From assembly GCF_044704955.1 (NCBI RefSeq), contig NC_091984.1:211048001-211112000 (forward strand): a stretch of 64,000 nt of DNA. The letters run 5' to 3'. Position 1 is the stretch's first letter. The number at the start of each line of letters is the position of its first letter. The DNA comes from Pristiophorus japonicus. Its lineage: Eukaryota. A program made the translations under genes and the position numbers. Shown piece by piece: positions 1 to 10,992 of this stretch. The notes under the pieces are model-generated. The model was not told where the DNA came from and searched no databases. It was given only the letters and a program-made list of their open reading frames with translations.

Positions 1-1190
1 TATCCACATTATACTGCATCTGCCATGCATTTGCTCACTCACCTAACCTGTCCAAGTCACCCTGCAGCCTCTTAGCGTCCCCTTCACAGCTCACAGCGCC
101 ACCCAGTTTAGTGTCATCTGCAAACTTGGAGATATTACACTCAATTCCTTCATCCAAATCGTTAATGTATATTGTAAAGAGTTGGTGTCCCAGTACTGAG
201 CCCTGCGGCACTCCACTAGTCACTGCCTGCCATTCTGAAAAGGACCCGTTCATCCCGACTCTCTGCTTCCTGTCTGCCAACCAGTTCGCTATCCACGTCA
301 GTACATTACCCCCAATACCATGCGCTTTGACTTTGCGGGACCTTGTCAAAAGCCTTTTGAAAGTCCAAATACACCACATCCACTGGTTCTCCCTTGTCCA
401 CTCTGCTAGTTACATTCTCAAAAAATTCCAGAAGATTCATCAAACATGATTTCCCTTTCATAAATCTATGCTGACTTGGACCAATCCTGTCACTGCTTTC
501 CAAATGCACTGCTATTTCATCCTTAATGATTGATTCCAACATTTTCCCCACTACTGATGTCAGGCTAACTGGTCTATAATTACCCGTTTTCTCTCTTCCC
601 TCCTTTTTTAAAAAGTGATGTTACATTATCTACCCTCCAGCCCATAGGAACTGATCCAGAATCGATAGACTGTTGGAAAATGATCACCAATGCATCCACT
701 ATTTCTAGGGCCACTTCCTTAAGTACTCTGGGATGCAGAATATCAGGCCCTGGGGATTTATCAGCCTTCAATCCCATCAATTTCCCTAACACAATTTCCC
801 ACCTAATAAGGATAAACTTCAGTTCCTCCTTCTCATTAGACCCTCGGTTCCCTAGTACATTCGGAAGGTTATTCGTGTCTTCCTTCGTGAAGACAGAACC
901 GAAGTATTTGTTCAATTGGTCTGCCATTTCTTTGTTCCCCATTATAAATTCACCCGAATCCGATTGCAAGGACCTACATTTGTCTTCGCTAATCTTTTTC
1001 TCTTCACATATTTATAGCAGCTTTTGCAGTCAGTTTTTATGTTCCCTGCAAGCTTCCTCTCGTAATCTATTTTCCCCCTCTTAATTAAAGCCTTAGTCCT
1101 CCTGTGTTGAATTCTAAATTTCTCCCAGTCCTCAGGTTTGTTACTTATTCTAGCGAATTTATATGCCTCTTCCTTGTTAGCCACAGTTGA
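1..1190 (-). mobile_element. CR1-clade LINE ORF2 fragment (RT region), frameshifted, runs off the window start
   Basis: Minus ORFs 35-379, 306-551, 580-969 and 942-1184 carry [29 protein letters not shown] and KSPGPD; they are collinear with the intact ORF at 2854-5652 but broken by frameshifts. Confidence 0.93.
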
Positions 1191-1224
1191 GCCACCTTCA
1201 CCGTTTTATTTTTACTCCAGACAA

Positions 1225-2575
1225 TTATCCTTAGTGGTGATTGGTCTGCCATACCCAAGCAAATGTGTGACGAGGCCAAGCCTTACATCCGTCGCAAAGA
1301 CGAACTATTCATTGAAGCAGATTGTATATTGTGGTGTAATCGTGTTGTTATGTCCAAGAAAGGCAGAAAGAAATTTGTGTATGATGTACATAGCACACAT
1401 CCCAGTATTGTCATGATGAAAGCCATTGCCAGGTCTCGTGTATGGTGGCCTGGAATTGACTCTGATCTGGAATCATGTGTGCATCATTGCAACACTTGCA
1501 TGCAGCTTAGTAAAGCACCAGCGGAATCGCCACTGAGTCTGTGGTTGTGGCCATCCAAACCATGGTCCAGAATCCACATCGACTTTGCAGGTCCTTTCCT
1601 GGGAAAGATGTTCTTAGTTGTGGTGGATGCTTATTCCAAGTGGATAGAGTGTACAATCATGTTATCCAGTACATCCACAGCTACCATTGAGAGCCTTCGT
1701 GTCATGTTTGCTACGCATGGTCTGCCTGACATCGTTGTAAGCGACAATGGATCTTGCTTCACCAGTATGGAGTTTCAAGAGTTCATGAAACTCAATGGTA
1801 TTAAACATGTGAGGTCAGCATCATGCAAACCCGCATTCATGGACCAGCAGAGCGTGCGGTCCAAACCATCAAGTAGAGTAAGAAACATGTAACTCGAGGT
1901 TCACTGCAAAAGCACTTTTCACGCATATTGCTTAGTTACAGGACAAGACCTTTTACGCTTACCAGGGTCTCCCCTGCTGAACTATTGTTGAAGAGAGGTA
2001 TCAAGACCAGGCTCTCTCTTGTCCACCCTGACTTGAATAATCGTGTTGAATACGGACGTCAAAGTCAGCAAGGGTATCATGATCTCGCTACTGTGTCACG
2101 TGACATTTCTATCAATGATCCTGTGTATGTACTGAATTATGGTCAAGGTCCCAAATGGATCGCCGGTACTGTTACGGCCAAGGAGGATAACTGAGTGTTT
2201 ATCGTTAAGCTCAAGAATGGGCAGACATGCAGGAAACATGTCGATCAGATAAAGCTGCGGCACACGGATGAACCGGAACAGTCTGAGGAAGACACAATCA
2301 GTGACCAACCAACCTACCCTCAGTCATCAGAGGACTCCGCTGTCATCAATGAATCTGGACATTCAATCACTGACATGGTCAATGAATCTGGACTTTCAAT
2401 CCCTGACGTGGTCATTGCCACTTCCATCAGATCGGCTACCCAGTCCCCAGTCATAACAGACTCAGAACGCTTGCCCAAGGCTGGAGTTGAACTGAGACGA
2501 TCAACTCGGGAGCGGAAAGCCCCGGACCGTCTCGATTTGTAAAAAGACCGTTACTAATATCTTAAAGGGGGATAT
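1225..2575 (+). mobile_element. Gypsy/Ty3 LTR retrotransposon internal 3' part (integrase), degenerate
   Basis: ORF 1263-1892 has the HHCC Zn-binding region (HSTHPSI...CVHHCNTC) and the rve core (PWSRIHIDFAGPF, VVVDAYSKW, VSDNG). Downstream frames continue with SPAELL and RKHVDQ, ending LRRSTRERKAPDRLDL. Polypurine tract AAAGGGGGA at about 2564-2572. Confidence 0.92.
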
Positions 2576-2780
2576 TGTCATGTATGTATGCTTGGGTTTA
2601 CTAGCCACCAGGTGGCGCCACTGTCGGAGGTCATTGGGCTGTGCGCACATGTGTGCGGCCCAGTATAAAAGGCCAGCCATCTTGTAATGTTATCACTTTG
2701 GGCCCTAATAAAGTAGAGCCAGGTTTGTACCTGTTCAGAGTTTACAGTATTCAGTCTATTGAGTTATTGCATACACAACA
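2576..2780 (+). repeat. 3' LTR of the Gypsy element (205 bp)
   Basis: Follows the PPT; begins TGTCATGTATG and ends CATACACAACA (imperfect terminal inverted repeat, TG...CA); contains TATAAAA (~2664) and AATAAA (~2707). Confidence 0.85.
2602..2620 (+). promoter_or_regulatory. CTCF-consensus-like motif inside the LTR
   Basis: TAGCCACCAGGTGGCGCCA closely matches the vertebrate CTCF core (TGGCCACCAGGGGGCGCTA). Motif match only. Confidence 0.5.
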
Positions 2781-2848
2781 AAAACTTCACTCAACAGCCA
2801 CCCTGATTGAACTGAAGATATTTGCACATCCACACAGTGACAGCTATT

Positions 2849-5743
2849 GAACTATGTGTCTTAATACAAGGAGTATCCGCAATAAGGTGGATGAATTAAT
2901 TGTGCAAATAGATGTTAATAAATATGATGTGATTGGGATTACGGAGACGTGGCTCCAGGATGATCAGGGCTGGGAACTCAACATTCAGGGGTATTCAACA
3001 TTCAGGAAGGATAGAATAAAAGGAAAAGGAGGTGGGGTAGCATTGTTGGTTAAAGAGGAGATTAATGCAATAGTTAGGAAAGACATTAGCTTGGATGATG
3101 TGGAATCTATATGGGTAGAGCTGCAGAACACCAAAGGGCAAAAAACGTTAGTAGGAGTTGTGTACAGACCTCCAAACAGTAATAGGGATGTTGGGGAGGG
3201 CATCAAACAGGAAATTAGGGGTGCATGCAATAAAGGTGTAGCAGTTATAATGGGTGACTTTAATATGCACATAGATTGGGCTAGCCAAACTGGAAGCAAT
3301 ACGGTGGAGGAGGATTTCCTGGAGTGCATAAGGGATGGTTTTCTAGACCAATATGTTGAGGAACCAACTAGGGGGGAGGCCATCTTAGACTGGGTGTTGT
3401 GTAATGAGAGAGGATTAATTAGCAATCTCATTGTGCGAGGCCCCTTGGGGAAGAGTGACCATAATATGGTGGAATTCTGCATTAGGATGGAGAATGAAAC
3501 AGTAAATTCAGAGACCATGGTCCAGAACTTAAAGAAGGGTAACTTTGAAGGTATGAGGCGTGAATTGGCTAGGATAGATTGGCGAATGATACTTAGGGGG
3601 TTGACTGTGGATGGGCAATGGCAGACATTTAGAGACCGCATGGATAAATTACAACAATTGTACATTCCTGTCTGGCGTAAAAATAAAAAAGGGAAGGTGG
3701 CTCAACCGTGGCTATCTAGGGAAATCAGGGATAGTATTAAAGCCAAGGAAGTGGCATACAAATTGGCCAGAAATAGCAGCGAACCTGGGGACTGGGAGAA
3801 ATTTAGAACTCAGCAAAGGAGGACAAAGGGTTTGATTAGGGCAGGGAAAATGGAGTACGAGAAGAAGCTTGCAGGGAACATTAAGGTGGATTGCAAAAGT
3901 TTCTATAGGTATGTAAAGAGAAAAAGGTTAGTAAAGACAAACGTAGGTCCCCTGCAGTCAGAATCAGGGGAAGTCATAACAGGGAACAAAGAAATGGCAG
4001 ACCAATTGAACAAGTACTTTGGTTCGGTATTCACTAAGGAGGATACAAACAACCTTCCGGATATAAAAGGGGTCAGAGGGTCTAGTAAGGAGGGGGAACT
4101 GAAGGAAATCTTTATTAGTCAGGAAATTGTGTTGGGGAAATTGATGGGATTGAAGGCCGATAAATCCCCAGGGCCTGATGGACTGCATCCCAGAGTACTT
4201 AAGGAGGTGGCCTTGGAAATAGTGGATGCATTGACAGTCATTTTCCAACATTCCATTGACTCTGGATCAGTTCCTATCGAGTGGAGGGTAGCCAATGTAA
4301 CCCCACTTTTTAAAAAAGGAGGGAGAGAGAAAACAGGGAATTATAGACCGGTCAGCCTGACCTCAGTAGTGGGTAAAATGATGGAATCAATTGTTAAGGA
4401 TGTCTTAGCAGTGCATCTGGAAAATGGTGACATGATAGGTCCAAGTCAGCATGGATTTGTGAAAGGGAAATCATGCTTGACAAATCTTCTGGAATTTTTT
4501 GAGGATGTTTCCAGTAAAGTGGACAAAGGAGAACCAGTTGATGTGGTATATTTGGACTTTCAGAAGGCTTTCGACAAGGTCCCACACAAGAGATTAATGT
4601 GCAAAGTTAAAGCACATGGGATTGGGGGTAGTGTGCTGACGTGGATTGAGAACTGGTTGTCAGACAGGAAGCAAAGAGTAGGAGTAAACGGGTACTTTTC
4701 AGAATGGCAGGCAGTGACTAGTGGGGTGCCGCAAGGTTCTGTGCTGGGGCCCCAGCTGTTTACATTGTACATTAATGATTTAGACGAGGGGATTAAATGC
4801 AGTATCTCCAAATTTGCGGATGACACTAAGTTGGGTGGCAGTGTGAGCTGCGAGGAGGATGCTATTAGGCTGCAGAGTGACTTGGATAGGTTAGGTGAGT
4901 GGGCAAATGCATGGCAGGTGAAGTATAATGTGGATAAATGTGAGGTTATCCACTTTGGTGGTAAAAACAGAGAGACAGACTATTATCTGAATGGTGACAG
5001 ATTAGGAAAAGGGAAGGTGCAACGAGACCTGGGTGTCATGGTACATCAGTCATTGAAGGTTAGCATGCAGGTACAGCAGGCGGTTAAGAAAGCAAATGGC
5101 ATGTTGGCCTTCATAGCGAGGGGATTTGAATACAGGGGCAGGGAGGTGTTGCTACAGTTGTACAGGGCCTTGGTGAGGCCACACCTGGAGTATTGTGTAC
5201 AGTTTTGGTCTCCTAACTTGAGGAAGGACGTTCTTGCTATTGAGGGAGTACAGCGAAGATTCACCAGACTGATTCCCGGGATGGCGGGACTGACCTATCA
5301 AGAAAGACTGGATCAACTGGGCTTATATTCACTGGAGTTCAGAAGAATGAGAGGGGACCTCATAGAAACGTTTAAAATTCTGACGGGTTTAGACAGGTTA
5401 GATGCAGGAAGAATGTTCCCAATGTTGGGGAAGTCCAGAACCAGGGGTCACAGTCTGAGGATAAGGGGTAAGCCATTTAGGACCGAGATGAGGAGAAACT
5501 TCTTCACCCAGAGAGTGGTGAACCTGTGGAATTCTCTACCACAGAAAGTAGTTGAGGCCAATTCACTAAATATATTCAAAAGGGAGTTAGATGAAGTCCT
5601 TACTACTCGGGGGATCAAGGGGTATGGCGAGAAAGCAGGAAGGGGGTACTGAAGTTTCATGTTCAGCCATGAACTCATTGAATGGCGGTGCAGGCTAGAA
5701 GGGCTGAATGGCCTGCTCCTGCACCTATTTTCTATGTTTCTAT
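2849..5743 (+). mobile_element. Young 5'-truncated CR1 LINE (ORF2 + 3'UTR, no ORF1)
   Basis: Starts at the ORF2 start with no ORF1 upstream. The short 3'UTR ends in the repeated tail TTCTATGTTTCTATG, abutting Harbinger Myb-gene sequence. Confidence 0.9.
2854..5652 (+). CDS. CR1-clade LINE ORF2 (APE endonuclease + reverse transcriptase), uninterrupted 932 aa
   Basis: APE motifs GITETW, GDFN, LDWVL and SDHN; RT motifs [24 protein letters not shown] and FADD; CR1-type C-terminus RGHSL...RNFFTQRVVNLWNSLP. Confidence 0.96.
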   Translation: MCLNTRSIRNKVDELIVQIDVNKYDVIGITETWLQDDQGWELNIQGYSTFRKDRIKGKGGGVALLVKEEINAIVRKDISLDDVESIWVELQNTKGQKTLVGVVYRPPNSNRDVGEGIKQEIRGACNKGVAVIMGDFNMHIDWASQTGSNTVEEDFLECIRDGFLDQYVEEPTRGEAILDWVLCNERGLISNLIVRGPLGKSDHNMVEFCIRMENETVNSETMVQNLKKGNFEGMRRELARIDWRMILRGLTVDGQWQTFRDRMDKLQQLYIPVWRKNKKGKVAQPWLSREIRDSIKAKEVAYKLARNSSEPGDWEKFRTQQRRTKGLIRAGKMEYEKKLAGNIKVDCKSFYRYVKRKRLVKTNVGPLQSESGEVITGNKEMADQLNKYFGSVFTKEDTNNLPDIKGVRGSSKEGELKEIFISQEIVLGKLMGLKADKSPGPDGLHPRVLKEVALEIVDALTVIFQHSIDSGSVPIEWRVANVTPLFKKGGREKTGNYRPVSLTSVVGKMMESIVKDVLAVHLENGDMIGPSQHGFVKGKSCLTNLLEFFEDVSSKVDKGEPVDVVYLDFQKAFDKVPHKRLMCKVKAHGIGGSVLTWIENWLSDRKQRVGVNGYFSEWQAVTSGVPQGSVLGPQLFTLYINDLDEGIKCSISKFADDTKLGGSVSCEEDAIRLQSDLDRLGEWANAWQVKYNVDKCEVIHFGGKNRETDYYLNGDRLGKGKVQRDLGVMVHQSLKVSMQVQQAVKKANGMLAFIARGFEYRGREVLLQLYRALVRPHLEYCVQFWSPNLRKDVLAIEGVQRRFTRLIPGMAGLTYQERLDQLGLYSLEFRRMRGDLIETFKILTGLDRLDAGRMFPMLGKSRTRGHSLRIRGKPFRTEMRRNFFTQRVVNLWNSLPQKVVEANSLNIFKRELDEVLTTRGIKGYGEKAGRGY

Positions 5744-7119
5744 GGAAGGCCACATGTGGCACAACAGGAGGTGGACCCTTACTGAACCCTTCTTGCGCTT
5801 ATTGCAGGCCTAGCTCGCCTATAATAGACGGTGGCGAGCCGCAGCTGGTGGAGCTCACCGAGGTGGAGCAACAAATGTCGGCCCTCAGGCGAATCCCAGT
5901 TCACACAATGGCCGGGGGCGATGCTGAGCCCCCGTCGGGTAGTGAGGGTATGTGAACGGAACTTGCGACTGATGTGACTTCCTTGACCCCTAACATCAAG
6001 TGGCCTAGCCCCTTTACAGATACATGGCCAATGCCACCTTCCCGCTATCACGCTGCCCCCTCCCATACTGCTAACCACACGTCTGTTGTTTTCTGCTTAC
6101 AGATGACCAGTCAGAAGCACGCCAGCCTTCCTGTGTGCCATTTACATCTGGCCACGGCCTGAACCTCACAGCCCAACAGTTGCACTTTCTGCCAACACAA
6201 CATCTGGGGACGAAGGCGATTTCCCGGGGTTTAAGGACTCTGAGGCTCCTGGCCCCAATGGCCTACAGCATTGCCGAGCAGGAGGGGAAGCTCGGAGGCC
6301 AGCTCCCCGGAGGGTGAGTCAGCACAGTCGTCCTGCTGAAGATCAGGCAGATGTGGACCTGGACTAAGTGGCAATGTCCAGGGAGAACACAGAGATACAC
6401 CTCGAGCTCATGGATGCATTGGGTAGGATCCCCCGGAGCATAGACAAACTTGCTGTGAGTGTTGCCGAGGCCATCTCATGCATTGTCCGTGCATTTGCGG
6501 ACTCCAACGAGGTCACCTTTGCCCACTCACAGAGGCAGTTGGCCTCCAGCAGTGAGAGTGGCGTTCCAGAGTGTGTGGCGTGTGTCATGGCTGATGTCGC
6601 AGCCTCGATCGCATTGCAGGCACAAGCTACACTCCAGCTTGGTGATGTGATGCAGTCGCTGACTGCTGCCATCCTTTCCGTCTTCCCCACTGTCCAAATG
6701 AAGCAGGCCAGCAAGTTGTGGTGACACATCGTGCTCCGGATGCTGAGGTCCAGCCCCGTGTGAGTGTCATTGGGCCCCAGGAAATGTAAGGTGCTGTCCT
6801 TCCTCAGGATGACAGCATTCCGGCTCCCACCACTGACTCGCCCACAATGCACCTAACGTAGTCCACACCCGAGCCATCAGAGACTGCTTCTGCTGGGGCG
6901 CAGCAGTCCATAGCCGGGCCTTCCAGGCCCAGAGCTGGTCCAGGGCGTCCTCCTAGGCCGTCTGCACTGTCTGGCCCACTAACCCTCAAGCAGCCTTGTT
7001 GTAAGCACTGAGGTCTCATTGAGGAGGAACAGCAGGCGTGGGAGGGGATGAAAAGAAGGGGAGGAAAGCTCTGGGCAAGTCCCATTAAGGGGTGGGACAA
7101 CTTTGTGCAAATGCCCTGA
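5744..7119 (+). pseudogene. Harbinger Myb/SANT-like DNA-binding partner gene remnant (intron 5948-6102)
   Basis: KATCGTTGGGP motif; GTATGT donor at 5948; TGCTAACCA branch site and TTACAG acceptor at 6102; helical C-terminal part (MAMSRENTEIHLELMDALG). Boundaries approximate. Confidence 0.65.
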
Positions 7120-7367
7120 TGTATTGTGAAGACGCATATCAATAGTTGATTTTCATTAATCTACTTCATTGTTGTTGTAACTTGCAGCAGAACGCTGTTT
7201 ATTGTTTGGTTTTGTTTTGGTGGCGGGGGAGGAGGGCTGTTTGTTATTTTGTTAGATAAAAATTTCACTTTGACCCTCTGCCATTGGTGTCGTGTGTATC
7301 ATTTCAAAGTTCACCGGAGATGTGCCTTTATGGTGGCATGTAGCATGGCCAGTATTAGCTCCATCCC

Positions 7368-8516
7368 TCAGCTTCTTCCATTCAAGTCCATTATGAGCTG
7401 ACAACGTGCGGCTCTTGCTCCTGCGGCATCTCCACGCGGCCTCCCCCGTGGATGGGATGGCTGTCCAATCGGTGCCTCACTAGACTCCTCTTCCTCCTGA
7501 CGTGGTCCTGCAATCCCCACTGGCAATGCCTGGCCTCTCATGATGGCCAAGTTGTGGAATATGCAGCACACCACAATGAATTCGGAGACCTGTTGAGGGG
7601 AGTATTGAAGGCTGCCTCCAGAGTGGTCCAGGCATCGGAAGTTCTTCCTGAGCACCTCAATTGTCTGTTCGATGATGTTGTGGGTGGCTGCATGGCTCTC
7701 ATTGTAGCGCTGCTTGGATTATTTGATGGGGTTGCGGAGGCTAGTTATGAGCCAGGTGGCTAGGCTGTATCTTTTGTCCCTGACCAGCCAGCTGTGCCTT
7801 TTCCTTTGTCGCTGAAACATTCGTGAGACACTGCTCTCATGCAAGATGAAAGCATCATGTGCGCTCCCTGGATAGCGGGCATTAACTGTGAAGAAGCACT
7901 GCGTGTGGTCATACACCAGCTGGACGTTTAGGGAGTGGTATCCCTTTTGGTTTCTGAATAGTTCTGCATTGTGGAATGGTGCTCGTAAGGCCAAGTGTAT
8001 GCAGTCAATGGCTCCTTGAACCCTCAGGAAGCCTGCAATTCCGCCAAAACCACATGCTCGCTCATTCTGGCTGTCCCTGCTCATTGTGAACTTTAAGAAG
8101 TCCATTCTGCCAGTGTACAGAGCCTTTGTAATGTGGCGAATGCAGCGATGTGCAGCGTATTAAGAGATGTTGCATATGTCCCCTGCTGCTGCCTGGAAGG
8201 AGCCGGAGGCATAGAAGGCCAGCGCCACAGTCACCCTCACTGCGACGGGCAGCGCAATCCTGTTGTCACTGTAAGACTGTAGGTCTGCCTGTAGGAGATG
8301 GCATATCTCTTGTCAGCTTTCTCACACACTGCTCCTTAGAGAACTTGAGGTATGAGCATTGGTGCCTGTAAATCCGTGGGGGGTAAGCCCTCCTCCCCAG
8401 ACATCTTCAGTCTCTCTTCATCCGTGGGCCGACCTGGCTAAGAGCCCTTCTTCTAGCTTGACCTGTCTGGCAATAGCATGGAGCGTGATACACTGGCGAA
8501 CTAGTAATGCCCCCAT
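7368..8516 (-). pseudogene. HARBI1-like DDE transposase, frameshifted
   Basis: VQGAIDCIHLALRAP, NQKGYHSLNVQLV, ARYPGSAHDAFIL, FRCLDHSGGSLQYSP and CCIFHNLA are diagnostic PIF/Harbinger transposase motifs. Confidence 0.92.
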
Positions 8517-10624
8517 TAAATTCTCTCACTGACCTTGTAAGGATCTGTAATGGCAGATAAAACTGCCACTTTCAAGTCGGTGCCTCACGCAGCGTGCTGC
8601 GCGCAACCGTTGCAGTCAATGTGATCTGCGGTGTAGAATCCTTCTCCCTCCATTTAAATACGCTGCCAAGACCGCCTGATGCACCCTGGGAACACCTGGC
8701 TTTTCAGGCATTTCCTGGGGTGGGCGTATAATGAGGCATTAGGGCCTAATTTTGCATCGGGTGCTAGCGCAGCATTGCACGACAATTGTCGTCATGATCT
8801 GTGAAACTAGAGGGCGGGCGGTAAGTTTTTGCGCCGCCACAAATTTGCCGACCGGGCGGTAAAAGCTGGACGCCTGCTGTAACGCCTAGAAACACCCTTT
8901 ACCACGCTTACGGGGCGCAAACAGAGGCGCAAGAAAGTCAAAAATCCAGCCCTTAGTTCCTGGTCAATTTGACTATACATGATTGCCCTCAGAATTTAGT
9001 TAAATTGACACCCTTAGAACATTTTTCCCAAGTTGGAAGATGTATTCTTCCAACAACTGAAAAATAGGATTTTAACACCAAAAATTAATTTATATTATGT
9101 ATTTTAGTTGAAAGTTGTAAGAATATTAAGAAGTTCTTTCAAATTTGCTCTCTTCCGCTTCCAAAGGCCATGACTCGTGCTAGCGTTTAGTTCCATGGAC
9201 TCCAGCAGCTCTCCACTCTCTCACCCAAGTGGCTATTCCACCATGTTTGGGCGATCTGCCATCACAGCTGACCCCAATGCCATCCTCATTTAAAATATAC
9301 ACTTATTGACATCCAACAGAATAGTGATCAGGAATAGGAAACTTGAATGATTTTTACCACGTTCATCTTATTTTTATAAATTGTGCAATTTACGTGCTAT
9401 TATTTGTAAATGGAGAAGCAATATAAGAGGGAAAAAGAGAAGTACAGAGAGAGAATTAGGATAGGAGTCCAAAGGCATGACCCAAAAGAAAGATTTTGAG
9501 GTTTTTAAACAAGGTGGTTTGTGGCAATGCAGCAGGAACCAGACAGGCATTTCCAGAAGACAGTACCAGGGCGCTGAATTGTGGACCGAGGTACAAGACG
9601 TCATCACCATCATAGGCGTTCCCTCGAACAAGGATGATTTACTTCCACAAGAGTTCACAGATGTTTCAATGAAGGACCTGACGGTCCAGTCCTGAACTCT
9701 AATTGAGAGGGTGGAAGATGCCTGTGCGTGGATTTTTTTAACGTGTGGTGACCGTTGCACATCAGCCACCACACGGGTTCAACAGAGCTAGGCCTTTATC
9801 CAGTGACCAGGGTTGAACCAGGATGACTGGAGACCTGCTCTGCTGCACGGGTCTAGTACACACATATCGCAGTGTGGGCCCTCGGCTCTTCTGGGCCCCG
9901 TAACCTCATTCACCGCATCTTTGCCCACAATGTTCCAGGACCAGGTGCTCCAACTCTATTTATAGCCTCGACCTGTGGTGGTGTTCTCACACAGGTCAGG
10001 GCGGCCTACAATGTTCCAGGGTCTGGCGCTCCAGTTCTGTTTATAGCCCCAACCTTCAGTGAGACGTATCTCAATGCTAGTGAAGCAGAGGGTGCATGCA
10101 AGCTGTAAGGCTCAAGGAAATCACTAAGGTGGGTACAGCAAGCATGGAAACATTTGAGAGTAAGGATGAGAAATTTGAAGCTAACTTACTGCTAACTAAC
10201 TTACAGAGCTAGTGCCATTTGGAAAGGATGTTGGTGGTGGAAGTGTGGGACTTTGTGCAGATGAGGAAGCATGCGTTTTGAATGAGTTGTTACCTATGGG
10301 AAGTTGAAATGGGGTCAGCTAGGAGATTTTTTTGGGCAAAAGTCAAGCCTCAAGATGTAAAGCACAGACTAGGGTTTTGAGGTGAAGGGGGGAGATAATT
10401 GTGGAGGTGGGGGAAAGCACTCTTGATAATGGAGGAGATGAAGCTGAATTTGAGTCTTGCATTCCAAGACTCCAGACTGCTTGATCCAGTCTGAAGTGGT
10501 GGCTGGGAATTTGATAGCATACATGCCAGAGGCATGTAAGTGCCAATGAGAGCTGAAGGTGGCTTCACTTTTAGGCTGGCTGAAGGAAATGTTGACTCAT
10601 CCAGGTCTTGACCAGAATGTGCCC

Positions 10625-10992
10625 TGGTTCCAGGCTAAGTGATCCTCAGGTGGGCAGAGGAAACGTTTCAAGGACACCCTCAAAGCCTCCTTGATGAAGT
10701 GCAACATCCCCATCGACACCTGGGAATCCCTGGCCAAAGATCGTCCTAAGTGGAGGAAGAGCATCCGGTAGGTTGCTGAGCACCTCAATTCTCGTCGCCG
10801 AGAGCATTCAGAAAACAAGCGCAGGCAGCGGAAGGAGCGTGCGGCAAACCAGTCCCACCCACCCTTCAACGACTGTCTGTCCCACCTGTGACAGAGACTG
10901 TAATTCCCGAATTGGACTGTACACTTACCTGAGAACTCACTTTGAGAGTGGAAGCAAGTCTTTCTCGATTTCGAGAGACTGTCTATGATGAT
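10625..10992 (+). mobile_element. RTE-clade LINE 3' end
   Basis: GGQRKRFKDTLKASL...WESLAKDRPKWRK, then terminal CPTCDRDCNSRIGLYTYLRTH and a (GAT)n-like tail. A near-identical copy lies at 49086-49561. Confidence 0.8.

Larger units (their letters stand above)
5744..8952. mobile_element. PIF/Harbinger DNA transposon, left end lost; convergent Myb-like and transposase genes
   Basis: Transposase remnant on minus and Myb/SANT-partner remnant (TGGGP motif) on plus. GC-rich subterminal region, then right TIR AAAATCCAGCCC ending 8952 and followed by TTA. Confidence 0.85.

Noticed and set aside
2985-5264. Antisense ORFs within CR1 copies
   Set aside because: Shadow frames of ORF2 that recur in each copy because of codon bias; no independent motifs.
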